Position numbers and translations under genes: made by a program
The notes under the pieces: generated by a model
Databases searched by the model: none
Told to the model about the DNA's origin: nothing
The model's input: the letters and a program-made list of their open reading frames with translations, nothing else
In this document: positions 44,207 through 52,474 of the stretch, one piece after another
Position numbering within the stretch: position 1 is the first letter of the stretch
How the letters are laid out: the number at the start of each line of letters is the position of its first letter
Assembly: GCA_963779755.1 (NCBI GenBank)
Contig: CAVZZO010000003.1
Location: 608,001 to 672,000, forward strand
Source of the DNA: an uncultured Gemmatimonadales bacterium
Lineage (GTDB): Bacteria > Gemmatimonadota > Gemmatimonadetes > Gemmatimonadales > GWC2-71-9
Direction: 5' to 3'
DNA length: 64,000 bases

Positions 44207-45964
44207 ATGCGCGCACTCCGGGCCGTCCTGCCGTACATCCGACCCTATTGGAAGATCTATGCCTGGGGACTGGCCCTGACCGTCGTGTCCAACGTCTTTA
44301 CCACGCTGGGCCCTCGCTTTCTGGGCCAGGGTATTGACGCACTGACCCGCGCGGAGGGCTTTCACCCGGTACTCCAGGCCGTGCTCCTCCTCCTGGGCGT
44401 GGCGGTGGCCGGCGGGCTGGCCCGGTTCGGGATGCGCCAGCTGCTCAACAGCGGGAGCCGGCGGGTCGAGTACGACCTGCGGAATGATCTCTTCCGCCAC
44501 CTCACGCGACTATCCCAGGAATTCTACGACCGCTCGGCCACCGGCGACCTCATGGCCCGCAGCACCAATGATCTGCTGGCCGTCCGCATGGCAGCGGGCC
44601 CCGCTGTAATGTACTGCGTGGACACGGTCACGCGCACCTTGCTGGTGGTGCCGTACATGGCGGCCATCAGTTCCCACCTGACGCTGATCTCGCTGGCCCC
44701 GGTGGCACTGCTGCCGTTCGTGATCGTCTTTGCCGGCCAGCGGATTCACCGCCGCTCGCTGGCCATTCAGGCCCAGTTTGCGACCTTGTCCAGCTTCGTG
44801 CACGAAAATCTCTCCGGCGTCCGGATCGTCCGGGCCTATCGCCAGGAGGAGGCGGAAACGGCCCAGTTCCGCGGCCTCAACGACGAATACCTGGCCCGGA
44901 ATGTCGCGCTGGCCCGCGCTTACGGGACCTTCCAGCCGATGATGGCCCTGATGGGCGGCCTGGGGGCGTTGGCGGTGCTCTATTTTGGCGGCGGTATGGT
45001 GATGTCGGGCCGGGTCTCCGCCGGGGAGTTCGTGGCTTTCGGGGTCTATCTCATGACGCTCATCTGGCCCATGGTGGCGCTGGGCTGGGTGATCAATCTG
45101 GTCCAGCGCGGCGCCGCCTCCATGGGCCGGATCATCGCCGTCCTGCGGGAGCAGCCGGCAATCCTCTCGGCCGGACACCCGGCCCCCCTGCCGCCGGCCA
45201 CCGGCGCCAGGCGGCTCACGGCCCAGGGAATCTGGTTCCGGTATCCCAACGCCGCGGACCGGGGCTGGGTCCTTCGCGATATCTCTTTCGATATTGCGCC
45301 CGGGCGATCGCTGGCCATCGTGGGCGCTACCGGCTCGGGGAAGAGCACCCTGGCCGACCTGCTGGTCCGCACCTACGACCCCGACCGGGGCCGGATCCTG
45401 CTGGACGGCATCGACGTGCGGGAACTGGCGCTGGAGGATCTCCGGGGCGAGATCGGCTTCGTGCCGCAGGAAACCTTTCTCTTCAGCGAGACGCTGCGGG
45501 AGAACATTCTCTTCGGCAGCGGGGAAGACGGCCGGCTGGGGCAGGCGGTGGAGACCGCCCAGCTGACCGAGGCCCTGGCCTCGCTCCCCGAGGGATACGA
45601 AACCATGCTGGGGGAGCGGGGGATCAACCTCTCCGGCGGCCAGAAGCAGCGGGCGGCGATCGCCCGGGCGCTGGTGAAGAACCCGCCCGTCTTCGTCCTG
45701 GATGACGCCCTCAGTGCCGTGGACGCGCATACCGAAGCGCGCATCCTGCGCAACCTGCGGAGCGCGCTGGCCGGCCGCACCAGCGTGATCATCTCGCACC
45801 GCCTGGCGGCAGTGCGCGACGCCGATTGGATCCTGGTGCTGGACGGGGGCAGCGTGGTGGAACAGGGGACGCACCAGGAGCTGATCGGGCGCGGCGGCCG
45901 CTACTGGGAACTGCTCCGGCGCCAGCAACTGGAAGAGGAACTGGAGGAAGAGACCGTCCGGTGA
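44207..45964 (+). CDS. ABC exporter, fused permease/ATP-binding subunit (MdlA/YheI-like)
   Basis: TGDLMARSTNDL, Walker A GATGSGKST, LSGGQKQR signature and Walker B LDDALSAVD. Confidence 0.92.
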   Translation: MRALRAVLPYIRPYWKIYAWGLALTVVSNVFTTLGPRFLGQGIDALTRAEGFHPVLQAVLLLLGVAVAGGLARFGMRQLLNSGSRRVEYDLRNDLFRHLTRLSQEFYDRSATGDLMARSTNDLLAVRMAAGPAVMYCVDTVTRTLLVVPYMAAISSHLTLISLAPVALLPFVIVFAGQRIHRRSLAIQAQFATLSSFVHENLSGVRIVRAYRQEEAETAQFRGLNDEYLARNVALARAYGTFQPMMALMGGLGALAVLYFGGGMVMSGRVSAGEFVAFGVYLMTLIWPMVALGWVINLVQRGAASMGRIIAVLREQPAILSAGHPAPLPPATGARRLTAQGIWFRYPNAADRGWVLRDISFDIAPGRSLAIVGATGSGKSTLADLLVRTYDPDRGRILLDGIDVRELALEDLRGEIGFVPQETFLFSETLRENILFGSGEDGRLGQAVETAQLTEALASLPEGYETMLGERGINLSGGQKQRAAIARALVKNPPVFVLDDALSAVDAHTEARILRNLRSALAGRTSVIISHRLAAVRDADWILVLDGGSVVEQGTHQELIGRGGRYWELLRRQQLEEELEEETVR

Positions 45965-46047
45965 GAAGTGAGGAGTGCGAGGTAAGAGGTATCACGTAAG
46001 CAACGAGAGCACGTCTCACGTATAACGTCCCACGCCTCACGTCTCGC
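45961..46047. repeat. Degenerate heptamer tandem/inverted repeat (GTGAGRR type, then ACGTCTC type)
   Basis: GTGAGAA GTGAGGA GTGCGAG GTAAGAG ... ACGTCTC ACGTATA ACGTCCC ACGCCTC ACGTCTC, between convergent stop codons. Confidence 0.78.
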
Positions 46048-46049
46048 TT

Positions 46050-46775
46050 TCAGATCCGCTCCTGCACGAATCCCGGCGTGAGCTTCTGCAGCCAGCCGCT
46101 CATGCGGGTAAAGCTGCCGGTCACCAGCAGGAGTCCCACCAGAATCAGCAGGACGCCGCTGGCCCGCTGCACCCAGGGCAGATAGCGGCGGAAGCGCTGA
46201 AACCAGTTGAAGAACGACTCCAGCGCCAGCGCCGCGATCAGGAACGGCACCGCCAGCCCGGCCGAATAGACCGCCAGCAGCAGGACGCCCTGGGAGACCT
46301 GCCCCCGGGTGCTTGCCAGGGTGAGAATCCCGCCCAGGATGGGGCCGATGCACGGGGTCCAGCCGGCGCCGAAGGCGATGCCCACCAGCATGGACCCGAG
46401 ATACCCGACCGGCTTCTCCCGCAGGTCGTAGCGCCGCTCCTGCTGAAAGAACCCCACCTTGACCACATTCAGCAGCACCAGGCCGAAAGCGATGATCAGC
46501 ACGCCCCCGATCCGCTGAATCCAGACCTGGTAGATATTGAGCGCCCGTCCCAGCGCCGTGGCGCCGGCCCCCAGCAGAATAAAGATCAGGGAAAACCCGG
46601 CGACGAAGAGCAGGGCATGCACCAGCGCCAGATGCTTGCGGCCGCGAATGTCTTCCGCGGTGAGGCCGGTCAGGAAGCCGAGGTAGGAGGGCACCAGCGG
46701 CAGCACGCAGGGGGAGAGAAAGCTCAGCAGGCCCGCGGTGAAGGCCACCGCAAAGCCGAGGCTCTGACTTTCCAC
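46050..46775 (-). CDS. ccdA: Cytochrome c biogenesis protein CcdA
   Basis: AGLLSFLSPCVLPLVPSY and GWTPCIGPILGGIL. Confidence 0.93.
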   Translation of the reverse strand: MESQSLGFAVAFTAGLLSFLSPCVLPLVPSYLGFLTGLTAEDIRGRKHLALVHALLFVAGFSLIFILLGAGATALGRALNIYQVWIQRIGGVLIIAFGLVLLNVVKVGFFQQERRYDLREKPVGYLGSMLVGIAFGAGWTPCIGPILGGILTLASTRGQVSQGVLLLAVYSAGLAVPFLIAALALESFFNWFQRFRRYLPWVQRASGVLLILVGLLLVTGSFTRMSGWLQKLTPGFVQERI

Positions 46776-46793
46776 GTCAGTTCCCTTCCCGGG

Positions 46794-47258
46794 TCATCGG
46801 AGACCCACTTCCCGGCCCTGGCAGGCCCGGCACACACCGTAGACCTGCACCCGGTGCCGTCCGGCACGGAAACCGTGCTCGTCGGCAATCAATCCCAGCA
46901 TCCGGTCGAGCCGCTCGGCGGACACGCCGACGACGGCGCCGCAGCGCTGGCAGATGAGATGCGCCTGCCCTTCGCCCGTGGCAACGGGCTCGTAGCGGCG
47001 GAAGCCTTCACCGAAGTCATGCGTCCGCACCAGGCCGCTCTCCACCAGCAGGTCCAGCGTCCGGTAGACGGTGGCCTGGCCCACCCGCGCGCCGCGCTCG
47101 CGGAGGCGGCGCCGGATGCCGTCCACCGAGGGGCGGTCGCCGGAGCGAAGCACCGCGTCGGCCACCAGCTCGCGCGCGGGCGTCACCGGCTGGCGCTGGT
47201 CCCGGAGAAAGCGGCGGAACCGCTCCAGCAGCAGGCCGGCATCATCCCGCGGCGGCAT
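46794..47258 (-). CDS. Fur family transcriptional regulator
   Basis: ATVYRTLDLLVESGLV, HLICQRCG and VYGVCRAC. Confidence 0.9.
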   Translation of the reverse strand: MPPRDDAGLLLERFRRFLRDQRQPVTPARELVADAVLRSGDRPSVDGIRRRLRERGARVGQATVYRTLDLLVESGLVRTHDFGEGFRRYEPVATGEGQAHLICQRCGAVVGVSAERLDRMLGLIADEHGFRAGRHRVQVYGVCRACQGREVGLR

Positions 47259-47628
47259 CGTCGGAAGCCTCGAACCATGCCGCCGGGTCCACCGACTCGG
47301 GAAACTCGTCGTCGGCCCGCTTCTCTACCAGGCGAATCAGGTCTTCCACCGTCCCGGGCGGAGCGGCGCCCACCTCCTCCACCACCGCGCTGTAGCGTCC
47401 CCGCTCCTTGCCCTTGATGGTGTGGACGTACCGGGCGGTGTAGACCCGGCGGCGCTCGCCGTCCACCCGGGAAAGCACCGCGGTGCCCCACTCGCGCTGT
47501 TCGTGCCGCAGGGCGCGGAAGACCCAGACCGCGTCGACCTCACCGGCCGGGACCAGGTCCGACGCGGCGGCGGCGAGCCGTTTCCAGCCCTCGCCCAGGG
47601 GAACCTTTACGTCGTCGCGTGTAAGCAT
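47242..47628 (-). CDS. Hypothetical protein
   Basis: 128-aa ORF with protein-like composition that fills the gap in a co-directional run and overlaps both neighbours. Confidence 0.65.
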   Translation of the reverse strand: MLTRDDVKVPLGEGWKRLAAAASDLVPAGEVDAVWVFRALRHEQREWGTAVLSRVDGERRRVYTARYVHTIKGKERGRYSAVVEEVGAAPPGTVEDLIRLVEKRADDEFPESVDPAAWFEASDDAAAG

Positions 47629-48701
47629 TGTTCGGTATACCCGCGCAGCACGTGCATGAAGTCCTGCGCGTTGGTCACCACCCCATAGGCCTGGTGGGTA
47701 CCGCGGTCGCGCAGCTTGTTGACCACGAATTCGGTCTGGTCGACGCAGATGGTCATGAGGGGGACAGGCACACCGCCCCGGTGCGTATGGTAGGCGGGCA
47801 GCATGTTGCCCACCGCGATCGCATGCAGGGCGCTGGCCACCAGCACGGCGCCGGTGGCGCGGACCGTGTGCTCCCTCATGGCGTCCTGCGCCTGCAGAGC
47901 ATCGCTGAGGACGCCGGGCAACGGTCCGTCGTCACGAATGGAGCCGGCCAGCACGTAGGGCACCTTTTCGGTGACCAGCGCATGCATGATGCCGCTCTGG
48001 ATCACCCCCTGCTCCACTGCCCGTTCGATCGAACCGCAGGCGCGCACCCGGTTGATGGCCCGCATGTGCAGCCCGTGGCCCCCACGGGTCGGCTTGCCCT
48101 GGTCGGACATGCCCAGGGTGGTGCCGTAGATGGCGGCTTCGATGTCGTGCACCGCCACTGCGTTGCCCGCCAGCACCGCCTGCACGAATCCGTTCCGGAT
48201 GAACCACTCGAAGTCCTGCCGGGCCCGGCTATGCACCAGCGCCGGGCCGGTGACCCAGACCAGGTAGCCGCCGGCCCTGGTTTCCTCGACCAGGCGGCCG
48301 GCCAGTTCCTCGTAGTTGACCGGCCGTTCGCGACTGACCTCGGTGGCCATGAACTGGAACTCATTGGCGCCGTGGGAGCCGCCCAGGAACCCCTCGGTAT
48401 GGACGTAGATGCCTTCGCTGCCGTCTTCCGCCATCCCCATGGCCACCTGGTCGCCCTGGCGCAGGCGCCGCGGCTCGACCGTCTCCAGCACCGAACCGCG
48501 GCGGACGATGGCGCAGTCCATCCGGGGCCGCGAGGGCATCCGCCACTCGCCGGCCAGGCGCACATAGGTGGGAAGATTGGACGTGGAGAAGAAGCCGTCC
48601 GGCAGCACGCCGTCGGCGGGAAGGGGAGCGAAACGCGCGTCCGGCGCGTCGGCCAGCGGTGGGCGGCTGAAATCGGGCGCCTGGTATGTGGGTGCGGTCA
48701 T
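47607..48701 (-). CDS. TIGR00300 family protein (ornithine cyclodeaminase-like, related to the ArgZ/AgrE C-terminal region)
   Basis: PADGVLPDGFFSTSN, FQFM.TEVSRER, AGNAVAVHDIE..YGTTLG, LAGSIRDDGPLP, HAIAVGNMLP and KLRDRG. Confidence 0.82.
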   Translation of the reverse strand: MTAPTYQAPDFSRPPLADAPDARFAPLPADGVLPDGFFSTSNLPTYVRLAGEWRMPSRPRMDCAIVRRGSVLETVEPRRLRQGDQVAMGMAEDGSEGIYVHTEGFLGGSHGANEFQFMATEVSRERPVNYEELAGRLVEETRAGGYLVWVTGPALVHSRARQDFEWFIRNGFVQAVLAGNAVAVHDIEAAIYGTTLGMSDQGKPTRGGHGLHMRAINRVRACGSIERAVEQGVIQSGIMHALVTEKVPYVLAGSIRDDGPLPGVLSDALQAQDAMREHTVRATGAVLVASALHAIAVGNMLPAYHTHRGGVPVPLMTICVDQTEFVVNKLRDRGTHQAYGVVTNAQDFMHVLRGYTEQCLHATT

Positions 48702-48781
48702 ATCGCGGGGGAAAGCTAGGGATGCAGAGAGGGCGATTCAAGCGAGCCGGGCTCCCGCACCGGATGCCGCTATACTCCAGC

Positions 48782-50878
48782 ATGCGTCGAATTGCCTTCC
48801 CCGGGCTCGCGCTCGCCCTCATCCTGTGGCCCGGACGGCGCTCGGCGGCCCAGGTGCCGGCGGACAGCGGCGCCGACTCTCTCCGCTCCTATCAGCTCCC
48901 GCCGCTTACCGTAACCGTCACCCGCGCCCCCGCCCCGCTCCGGAGCGTGCCGTTCGCCGTGGGAGTGGTCGACAGCGCGGCCATCCGCCGGGCCCAGGCC
49001 ACCCTGGGGCTGGACGAATTTCTCGATCGCATCCCGGGCGTGCAGGCGGCCAACCGCTATAACTATTCGCTGGACGAGCGGCTCTCCATCCGGGGATTCG
49101 GGGCCCGGGCGAACTTCGGCACCCGGGGCGTCAAGATCCTGCTGGACGGCGTGCCCCAGACCCTGCCGGACGGCCAGAGCCAGCTTACCAATGTGGACTA
49201 TGGAGACCTGGGGCGGGTGGAGGTCATCCGGGGGCCGGCCTCGGCGCTCTACGGCAACGCCTCGGGCGGCGTCATCGCGCTCTACTCGCTTCCTCCCACC
49301 GGCGGGACATCCGCCGCCAGTCTGCGGACGGAGGGTGGCGCCTACGGCAGCTCGAAGGTACAGGTGCGCAGCAGTGTCCGGAACGGGCCTGTCGCCGCCG
49401 CTCTCTCGCTGGCCCGCTTTGCCTCCGACGGGTTCCGCCGCCACAGTCGTACCGAGCTGTTCCAGGCGGGCGGATCGGTGCTCTTGCTCTTCTCGGGCAG
49501 CACCACGGCAACGCTGCGGTTCGCGCATGCCAGCCAGCCGGTGGCCGATAACCCCGGAGCGCTGACACAACAGGAACTGCTCACCGACCGCCGGGCGGCG
49601 GCGCCCAATAACCTGGCGCAGAACGCCGGCAAGAACGTCAACCAGCAGCAGCTCTCGCTCACGCTGCACCACTACGGCGACGGCGAGAACGAGGAGCAGC
49701 TGGCCCTGTTCGGATTCCGGCGCGGCCTGACCAATCCGCTCGCCACCGGCACGTACATCGGGATCGACCGACTGGCGGGCGGGCTGCGCGCCTCCGCCAC
49801 GCGGCGGCTGGGCAGGGATTCCCTGGCGCTCCGCATTACGGCCGGCGTTGACCTGCAGCGCATGCGCGACGACCGGCGCAATCTGCTCGCCGCCGCGGGG
49901 GTGCCGACCGACAGCATTACCGTCGACCAACGGGAAACGGTGACCGAGCTGGGCCCCTTCATCCAGGCCGCGTGGCGGCCCGCAGAGCGGCTGGCGCTGG
50001 CCGCCGGGGCCCGCTGGGACCGGGTGAGCTTCGCGGTGCACGATCGCCACCTGAGCGACGGGGTGAACGACTCGGGGCACCGCGCGCTGGCGGCGCTGAG
50101 CGGCAACGGCGGACTCAGCTATGCGCTCACGCCGTCGCTCACGCCGTATATCAACATCGCCACGGCCTTCGAGACGCCGACCACCACCGAGCTGGCCAAC
50201 CGCCCTGACGGCTCGGGCGGCTTCAACGACAGCCTGGGCCCGCAGCGCGCAGTGACCTGGGAGGCCGGAGCGCGGGGGCGGGCCGGCACCCGGCTCAGCT
50301 GGTCGGTAGCCGGCTATCTGGGACGCATTCGCGATGCCATCGTGCAGTACCAGGAGGTGGGCGGACGGGCCTACTTCCGGAACGCCGGCAGCCTGCACAA
50401 CGATGGCGTGGAGGGAGAACTCTCCTTCGCGGCCCTGCCGGGCGCGACCCTCCATGCCGCGTATACCTACGCCCGCTATCGCTTCGCCACGTACCGGTTG
50501 GTCAACGGGGCCAGCGTCGACACGCTCGACGGCAACCGCCTGCCCGGCGTTCCCGCACACTATCTGCGGATGGATCTGTCGCTGGCGCCTGCTCCGGGCC
50601 TCTGGCTGGACCTGGAACATCGCTACAGCTCCGCCGTCTTCGCCGACGACGACAACACCCTGCGGGCTCAGGGCTGGGGTCCGGGCATCACCGCCCTTCG
50701 CGCCTCGTGGCGCGGCCGGGTTGGACGGGTCCTGGTGTCGCCCTTCGCCGGAGTCGATAATCTCTTCGATCGCGCCTATGTCAGTTCGGTGGTGGTCAAC
50801 GGTTTCGGCGGGCGGGTCTTCGAGCCGGCACCGGGAAGGACGCTGTACCTGGGGATGGAGGGAAGCTTCGGGAGATAG
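48782..50878 (+). CDS. TonB-dependent receptor (YncD-like)
   Basis: Signal peptide; plug SIRGFGARANFGTRGV...DGQSQL and VEVIRGPASALYGNASGGVI; FETPT..EL; FEPAPGRTLY. Confidence 0.92.
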   Translation: MRRIAFPGLALALILWPGRRSAAQVPADSGADSLRSYQLPPLTVTVTRAPAPLRSVPFAVGVVDSAAIRRAQATLGLDEFLDRIPGVQAANRYNYSLDERLSIRGFGARANFGTRGVKILLDGVPQTLPDGQSQLTNVDYGDLGRVEVIRGPASALYGNASGGVIALYSLPPTGGTSAASLRTEGGAYGSSKVQVRSSVRNGPVAAALSLARFASDGFRRHSRTELFQAGGSVLLLFSGSTTATLRFAHASQPVADNPGALTQQELLTDRRAAAPNNLAQNAGKNVNQQQLSLTLHHYGDGENEEQLALFGFRRGLTNPLATGTYIGIDRLAGGLRASATRRLGRDSLALRITAGVDLQRMRDDRRNLLAAAGVPTDSITVDQRETVTELGPFIQAAWRPAERLALAAGARWDRVSFAVHDRHLSDGVNDSGHRALAALSGNGGLSYALTPSLTPYINIATAFETPTTTELANRPDGSGGFNDSLGPQRAVTWEAGARGRAGTRLSWSVAGYLGRIRDAIVQYQEVGGRAYFRNAGSLHNDGVEGELSFAALPGATLHAAYTYARYRFATYRLVNGASVDTLDGNRLPGVPAHYLRMDLSLAPAPGLWLDLEHRYSSAVFADDDNTLRAQGWGPGITALRASWRGRVGRVLVSPFAGVDNLFDRAYVSSVVVNGFGGRVFEPAPGRTLYLGMEGSFGR

Positions 50879-50886
50879 ACGGAGTG

Positions 50887-50930
50887 GGCAGAGCAGGCAG
50901 AATAGGCAGAGCGGGCAGAGTCGGCAGATT
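50887..50930. repeat. 9-mer tandem repeat (GGCAGAnnn, 5 units)
   Basis: GGCAGAGCA GGCAGAATA GGCAGAGCG GGCAGAGTC GGCAGATT just after the receptor stop; no inverted arm. Confidence 0.8.
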
Positions 50931-50954
50931 GAGCACCAGAGACAGGAACCAGCC

Positions 50955-51905
50955 ATGCTTTCACTGCAGGACATCTATGCGGCCCGCCGGCTCACGGCAC
51001 CGTGGGTCCGGCATACCCCGCTGGAGCGCTCCGCCGCTCTGGAAGTCGAGTGCGGCGGCCCGGTGTTCCTGAAACTGGAAAATCAGCAGGTGACGGGGAG
51101 CTTCAAGGCCCGCGGCCCCATCTGCCGGCTGCAGCGCATGGCGCCGGACGAACGGCGGCGCGGCGTGGTGGCACCGACCGCCGGCAATCACGGCGCGGGC
51201 CTCTCCCGGGCGGGCCGGGTTCTCGGCGTCCCGGTGCATCTGCATGTCATCCGGAATGCCGATCCGGGCAAGATGGCGATGCTGCGGGAGCACGGCGCCG
51301 TGATCCACCTGCACGAGGACTACGAAGCAGCGCACCGCTCGGCGGTGGCGCAGGCGGAGTCGGAGGGGCTCGTCTATGTTTCGCCCTACAGCCACCCCGA
51401 TATCATCGCAGCCGACGGCGTCGTGGCGCTCGAGCTGCTGCAGGATCTGCCGGACCTGGAGGTGGTGGCCGTTCCGGTGGGAGGGGGCGGACTGGCGGCC
51501 GGCATCGCCCTGGCGCTCAAGGCCGCGAATCCGGCCATCGAAGTCTGGGGGGTAGAATCGGCCGCGAGCCCGACCTTCACCACCTGGCGGGAGGCCGGCC
51601 GCCCGGTGACGGTAACGATCGAACCGGGCATGGCGGAAGGCCTGGTCGGCTACGTCGAGCCGGAGACCCTGACCTGGCCCCTGCTGCGGCGGCATCTCGA
51701 CCGGATGCTTACCGTGAGCGACGCCGAGCTGCTGGACACCATGCGCCTCCTGCTCGATGGCCACCGCCAGGTGGCGGAGCCGTCGGGCGCGGCCGGGGCC
51801 GCCGCGCTGCGGCGGGAGTCGGCATCCCTGCGCGGGCGCCGCGCGGTGGCAGTCGTCTCCGGGGGCAATATCAGCTGGGGTCGGCTGAAGCGCCTGCTGG
51901 CATGA
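50955..51905 (+). CDS. PLP-dependent threonine/serine dehydratase family protein (no regulatory domain)
   Basis: LKLENQQVTGSFKARG, AGNHG, PVGGGGL, EPSGA and SGGNI. Confidence 0.9.
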   Translation: MLSLQDIYAARRLTAPWVRHTPLERSAALEVECGGPVFLKLENQQVTGSFKARGPICRLQRMAPDERRRGVVAPTAGNHGAGLSRAGRVLGVPVHLHVIRNADPGKMAMLREHGAVIHLHEDYEAAHRSAVAQAESEGLVYVSPYSHPDIIAADGVVALELLQDLPDLEVVAVPVGGGGLAAGIALALKAANPAIEVWGVESAASPTFTTWREAGRPVTVTIEPGMAEGLVGYVEPETLTWPLLRRHLDRMLTVSDAELLDTMRLLLDGHRQVAEPSGAAGAAALRRESASLRGRRAVAVVSGGNISWGRLKRLLA

Positions 51906-51937
51906 CAGGATCACGGCACCCGCGACCCTGACGATCT

Positions 51938-52417
51938 GTGCGCAAAGACCGCGTCATTCACCTGTTCTTCGACATCGGGGTCATCGCCAAGGGCATCGAC
52001 GGTGCCCTGGAGATCGTCGGCGGTGCCGTACTGATGTTTCTCAGCAGCACACAGCTCTACGGCATCGTGCACTTTCTGACCCAGCACGAGCTCAGCGAGG
52101 ATCCGCGCGACCGGATCGCCCAATACCTCCTGCACAGCACCCACTCTCTCGCGAGCGGCACACGGGTCTTTGCCGCGTCCTATCTCCTGTGGCACGGTGC
52201 CGTCAAAGTCGTGCTCGTGGCAGGGTTGCTGCGAAAGCAGCGCTGGGCCTATCCCCTGGCCATCGGTGCGTTCCTGCTCTTTCTGGTCTATCAACTGTAC
52301 CGCTATTCGCACACCCACGCCGTGGAGCTCCTTGTCCTCTCGGTCGCGGACGTCCTGGTCATCGCACTCACCTGGCTCGAGTTCCGGCGGCTGGTCAGGT
52401 CGCGTGCATTCGCGTGA
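51938..52417 (+). CDS. DUF2127 family membrane protein
   Basis: KGIDGALEIVGG, HELSEDPRD, YLLWHGAVK and WAYP. Confidence 0.8.
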   Translation: MRKDRVIHLFFDIGVIAKGIDGALEIVGGAVLMFLSSTQLYGIVHFLTQHELSEDPRDRIAQYLLHSTHSLASGTRVFAASYLLWHGAVKVVLVAGLLRKQRWAYPLAIGAFLLFLVYQLYRYSHTHAVELLVLSVADVLVIALTWLEFRRLVRSRAFA

Positions 52418-52474
52418 TGCGCACCGCCGCGGCGCGCTCCTTTCCCTCCGCCCACTCGGCCCGCACTGCCGTTC

